This document shows positions 60,438 through 64,000 of a stretch of 64,000 bases of DNA, one piece after another. The stretch is from positions 1-64,000 of the forward strand of contig NIVC01002750.1 in assembly GCA_002269645.1 (NCBI GenBank). The letters are read 5' to 3'. The translations under genes and the position numbers were made by a program. The stretch comes from Macrostomum lignano (taxonomy: Eukaryota). The notes beneath the pieces are model-generated. The model made no database searches, was not told the DNA's origin, and saw nothing but the letters and a program-made list of their open reading frames with translations. Position 1 is the first letter of the stretch. Every line of letters begins with the position of its first letter.

Positions 60438-62929
60438 CTACAATCCCGGAACATTGTCCAACTGCTGGCCTCTCTTGAACTGCCCAAAGCGCCTCTGCTC
60501 AGCGCGGCTAGCAGTTCTCTTCGGCCCCTGCGGTCGTCGGGCGGTTGTCAAGGCGTTCTCCAGGTCGAAGCGGAGAACCTCATCGTCTGCTCCTGCTGAA
60601 CCGCCGCTGAAGCTCTGAGAATGCCGCAGTCGGGTCTGCAGCAGCTGTCCCAAGGCTGTGCCCACGAACTCCGGCTTCACCGTGGCGTTGTCCTCGTCGA
60701 TGCGATGCTGACCGACCTCGTCAGATTCAGCAGCCTGCGTCAATGGCGTCGAGTACGCTGACAGGCCACGACAGGGTTCGTCCAGCGGCTGACGATGTCC
60801 CTGCAGTGAGCTGACCGACAGTCGACGGCGCTGCCGAGGCACAGGAGGAGACTGCGGCGGCGGCAGACAGCGAAGCGTCGAGGCGGCGGCCGGTGCCGGG
60901 CCCCCCATTCGACGCTGTCGGGGCGTCGGTGTCGGGACGGGAGAACGCGGCTGAGTTAGCGGCGGCTGAGGCGGGCGGGAGGCGGATCCGGGCGGCTGAC
61001 CGACGGCTGCGTTGCAATTGCGGAGCTTCATCTGCTGGCTACCTGCTGGGGCAGTTCAGCGACCCGTCTCAATAATCATGTACTTTTACCTCTTTCATGT
61101 TCAGAGACATGCTTCATGTTCAGAGACATGCTTCATGTTCAGAGACATGCTTCATGTTCAGAGATATGCTTCATGTTCAGAGACATGCTTCATGTTCAGA
61201 GACATGCTTCATGTTCAGAGACATGCTTCATGTTCAGAGACATGCTTCATGTTCAGAGACATGCTTCATGTTCAGAGACATGCTTCATGTTCAGAGACAT
61301 GCTTCATGTTCAGAGACATGCTTCATGTTCAGAGACATGCTTCATGTTCAGAGACATGCTTCATGTTCAGAGACATGCTTCATGTTCAGAGACATGCTTC
61401 ATGTTCAGAGACATGCTTCATGTTCAGAGACATGCTTCATGTTCAGAGACATGCTTCATGTTCAGAGACATGCTTCATGTTCAGAGACATGCTTCATGTT
61501 CAGAGACATGCTTCATGTTCAGAGACATGCTTCATGTTCAGAGACATGCTTCATGTTCAGAGACATGCTTCATGTTCAGAGACATGCTTCATGTTCAGAG
61601 ACATGCTTCATGTTCAGAGACATGCTTCATGTTCAGAGACATGCTTCATGTTCAGAGACATGCTTCATGTTCAGAGACATGCTTCATGTTCAGAGACATG
61701 CTTCATGTTCAGAGACATGCTTCATGTTCAGAGACATGCTTCATGTTCAGAGACATGCTTCATGTTCAGAGACATGCTTCATGTTCAGAGACATGCTTCA
61801 TGTTCAGAGACATGCTTCATGTTCAGAGACATGCTTCATGTTCAGAGACATGCTTCAGTATAAACACTGATGCATTCAGATTGGAGACAAAAATTACCAG
61901 ACGGAGCGGGCTGGGCTCTCTGACGGTTCAAGGACGCGGATCGGCGGTCAGTTCGAGGCTTCGGCACGGGCGGCTTGGCAGTCAGGAACACCGCCGTCTC
62001 CGCCTCGGGCTCCGCGGCTGTCTCCTCCTCTGAGAAGTCCGTCAGCAGCAGCTGGTTGCGCATCGTCGGTCGCGGGGTCGCAGCGGTGGCAGGTGGCGGC
62101 AGCTTCTGCTGGCAGCTCGCGGTGTTGCTGGGCGAGTCCAAGCTGAAGTGGACGGACTTGCCGCCGGAACCGCCGCCTCCGCTCCAGGCCTGCAGGAGGT
62201 CTTCAGCCAGACCCGCAGTCGAAGCCACCGAAGTCTTCGGTCCTGGTCTCGGCTGGTGCTGCTGCGGTAGACTCGACCAGCAGTCGGCAGCCTTGGAGTT
62301 GCTGTCACCCAGTTTGCTGTTGGGCCGGCAGTGAAGCTGGATGGCTTGAGCCAGCAGCTGCTCGACCTCCTCGCGAGTGCCGTAGAAACCGCTGTGCATC
62401 AGCATGGAGACGTCCAGCTGCTCGGCCCGCTGCTGCTGCTGCTGCTGCTGCTTCTGGTGCTGCTGCAGGATGGCGGACGCGCTGACGTCTTGGAGAGCGG
62501 CGCTGCAGCCAGCCGACTGCAGGTGACTTCCGCCACCGCCTCCGAACAGCTGGAGACCCGGCCCGGATGTGGATGTGAAGGCGGTGCCGCCGCAGGAGAG
62601 CGAATTCTGCAGCTGCTGGTGCTGCGGCTCCTCTGCACAGAACAAGTCCTCGTCCGCCATCTGGCGAAGCTGAAAATCCAACTTAGGGTTCTCCATGTCC
62701 AGAAGGCACTGCTGCTCCCTTTGAGACTGTTGTTGCTGCTGCTGCACCGACGACTCTCTGAGTCCTGCAGATCCAGCAAATTTAGCAACTGCAGCTCGAC
62801 GCTTCAGCAGGTAGCCGCGGTGTCGACTGGCTCCGACTCCGCTGCCGTAGCCCTTCTTTGTTAGGGACGACACCCGCACCGCAGTCTTTGTTCTGTCCGC
62901 TGCGACTGCGCTGCGAAAGGTGCCGGTAT
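60438..62929 (-). CDS. 3' part (two exons) of an unrecognised low-complexity protein; 5' end lies further right or outside the window
   Basis: Exons complement(61898-62929) and complement(60438-61042), with acceptors cacttcag| and cagcag|, donor tctg|gtaatt and consistent phase 1. GC-rich with poly-Q/G runs like the other exons. No domain recognised. Confidence 0.65.
61094..61857 (+). repeat. 19-bp minisatellite CATGTTCAGAGACATGCTT, nearly perfect
   Basis: About 40 units in the intron of the minus-strand gene, each with a CATGT..ACATG inverted repeat. Confidence 0.97.
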
Positions 62930-63136
62930 CTGAAGTGCGTTCAACCATGGCTAGCTTTGAGTTTTTCAATGACTGCAACTGAGCTCAATGCAGCTGTATG
63001 GACTCAATGCTCAGCTGGTAAAAAGGAAGCCAATTTATGGGAATTCCTGATTAAATATCTATGGTTTTCTAGACTCGTCTAATATGCAAAAACTCGGGGA
63101 GCTTGTCTCTGCTCACAAAGACCGCAATGGTCGCAC

Positions 63137-63928
63137 ATCTATGAGACAGTGGTGTCATCTATGAGACAGTGGCGTCCGTCTATGAGACAGTCAGTCAGTC
63201 AGACAGTCAGACAGTCAGTCAGTCAGACAATCAGTCACTATGAGACAGTGGCATCCATCTATGAGACAGTGGTGTCATCTATGAGACAGTGGCGTCCGTC
63301 TATGAGACAGTCAGTCAGACAGACAGTCAGACAGTCAGACAGTCAGTCAGTCAGACAATCAGTCACTATGAGACAGTGGCGTCCGTCTATGAGACAGTGG
63401 CTCCGTCTATGAGACAGTGGAGTCCGTCTATGAGACAATGGCGTCCGTCTATGAGACAGTGGCGTCCGTCTATGAGACAGTGGCGTCCGTCTATGAGACA
63501 ATGGCGTCCGTCTATGAGACAATGGCGTCCGTCTATGAGACAGTGGCGTCCATCTATGAGACAGTGGCGTCCGTCTATGAGACAGGGGCGCCCATCTATG
63601 AGACAGGGGCGTCCATCTATGAGACAGTGGCCTCTATCTATGAGACAATGGCGTCCGTCTATGAGACAGTGGCCTCTATCTATGAGACAATGGCGTCCGT
63701 CTTTGAGACAATGGCGTCCGTCTATGAGACAATGGGGTCCGTCTATGAGACAGTGGCGCCCGTCTATGAGACAGTGGCGCCCGTCTATGAGACAGTGGCG
63801 CCCGTCTATGAGACAGTGGCGCCCATCTATGAGACAGTGGCGTCCATCTATGAGACAGTGGCCTCTATCTATGAGACAGTGGCGTCCATCTATGAGACAG
63901 TGGCGTCCATCTATGAGACAGGGGCGCC
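63137..63928 (+). repeat. 21-bp minisatellite ATGAGACAGTGGCGTCCGTCT interleaved with (TCAG)n
   Basis: Direct reading. Confidence 0.95.
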
Positions 63929-64000
63929 CACAAAAGACACCAATACCACTAAAAATTTGTTTCTCCAATTACACCAAACAAAGTGTCTCAATTTAAATAA

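Noticed and set aside
61012-62033. FRDMLHVQRHASCSETC repeat ORFs of 257-305 aa
   Set aside because: A stop-free 19-bp array inside an intron of the minus-strand gene.
63149-63996. MRQWRPS / LIDGRHC heptad ORFs
   Set aside because: Translation of the 21-bp array.

Overview
Eukaryotic (intron-containing) animal genomic DNA. GC-rich exons with poly-Q/A/S/G runs and introns filled with minisatellites resemble the flatworm Macrostomum (inference from sequence style, not verified). By reading splice sites and checking exon phase by hand I reconstruct seven genes: (1) a divergent PP2A A-subunit-like HEAT scaffold (+, 1353-12804) with four 1-nt frameshifts and a C-terminal extension; (2) FBXO9 (+); (3) a DEG/ENaC channel (-); (4) PYM1 (+); (5) a 22-exon adhesion GPCR (+, 35871-59016; EGF-pentraxin-HRM-GAIN-7TM) with a non-canonical GPS; (6) an intronless Cys-loop channel (+, 42903-44180) nested in intron 4 of that GPCR and lacking key acetylcholine-binding residues; (7) the 3' part of an unrecognised low-complexity gene (-). 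The rest is about 36 tandem arrays, nearly all with different units, plus tRNA-derived SINEs, a hAT-like MITE and a probable solo LTR. Most long ORFs in the supplied track are translations of tandem repeats. No CRISPR array, rRNA or true tRNA gene is supported. All protein family comparisons are from memory; no database search was run.
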